Virus record (IMG/VR): IMGVR_UViG_3300031555_004162
Location: 1-14,477 of that record
Reading direction: 5' to 3' (one strand)
Length of the DNA stretch: 14,477 nucleotides
Source of the DNA: a virus
Lineage: Duplodnaviria > Heunggongvirae > Uroviricota > Caudoviricetes
Shown one piece after another: positions 14,200-14,477 of the stretch. Below the pieces are notes generated by a model that saw nothing but the letters and a program-made list of their open reading frames with translations, made no database searches and was not told the DNA's origin. Position 1 is the stretch's first letter; each line of letters begins with the position of its first letter. The position numbers and the translations under genes are program-made.

Positions 14200-14469
14200 T
14201 TATGCTTTCTTATCAAAATTTCCTCTAAATAATTCCCAATAAGAACCAGTTGCAACTAAATCCGAATTAACCTCTTCAATACCAGCTCTCATGTGTGAAG
14301 CTAAATCCCTTTGAAATTCTCTACATTTATTTTGAGCTTCTTCAAAAGAATCATAAACTTTATCTAAAAAAGAAGTACGTTGAGAAAAATCTTTACTAAA
14401 CATATGACGAGATGTAAGAACATATTTTACATCATTACTTTCATCTATAGATTCAATTATTCTAATCAC
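14200..14469 (-). CDS. Variant-leader protein (89 aa if GTG 14469 is the start)
   Basis: MIRIIESIDE|SN; the frame is open to the window edge, so the start cannot be confirmed. Confidence 0.65.
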   Translation of the reverse strand: MIRIIESIDESNDVKYVLTSRHMFSKDFSQRTSFLDKVYDSFEEAQNKCREFQRDLASHMRAGIEEVNSDLVATGSYWELFRGNFDKKA

Positions 14470-14477
14470 GATATTTC

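Overview
AT-rich segment of a large tailed phage genome, probably a contractile-tailed phage of a Firmicutes-type host (inferred from GGAGG/GAGGTGA ribosome-binding sites and sigmaA-type promoters). Nearly all genes are on the minus strand. Left to right: a baseplate wedge/P2 gpI-like gene running off the left edge (missing from the supplied ORF track); a two-gene module under a sigma70-type promoter; a cluster of four acidic proteins (2761-7103); an operon-like run of small genes (7161-10846) including a sigma-70-family protein, a stand-alone ribosomal-S3-like KH protein and a small ADP-ribosyltransferase-fold protein; a full-length uvrB with no uvrA/uvrC in the window; and four more small genes. 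The main signal is that six otherwise unrelated proteins start with the same 12-residue leader, MNLFE[N/S]LQx(hydrophobic)[K/R]E, and two more carry variant leaders. This resembles T4 capsid-targeting sequences removed by the prohead protease. The largest leader-bearing protein (841 aa) has similar E|S-type sites every ~70-115 residues, suggesting a protease-processed polyprotein of virion-packaged cargo. All functional calls come from motif recognition by eye; no searches were run.
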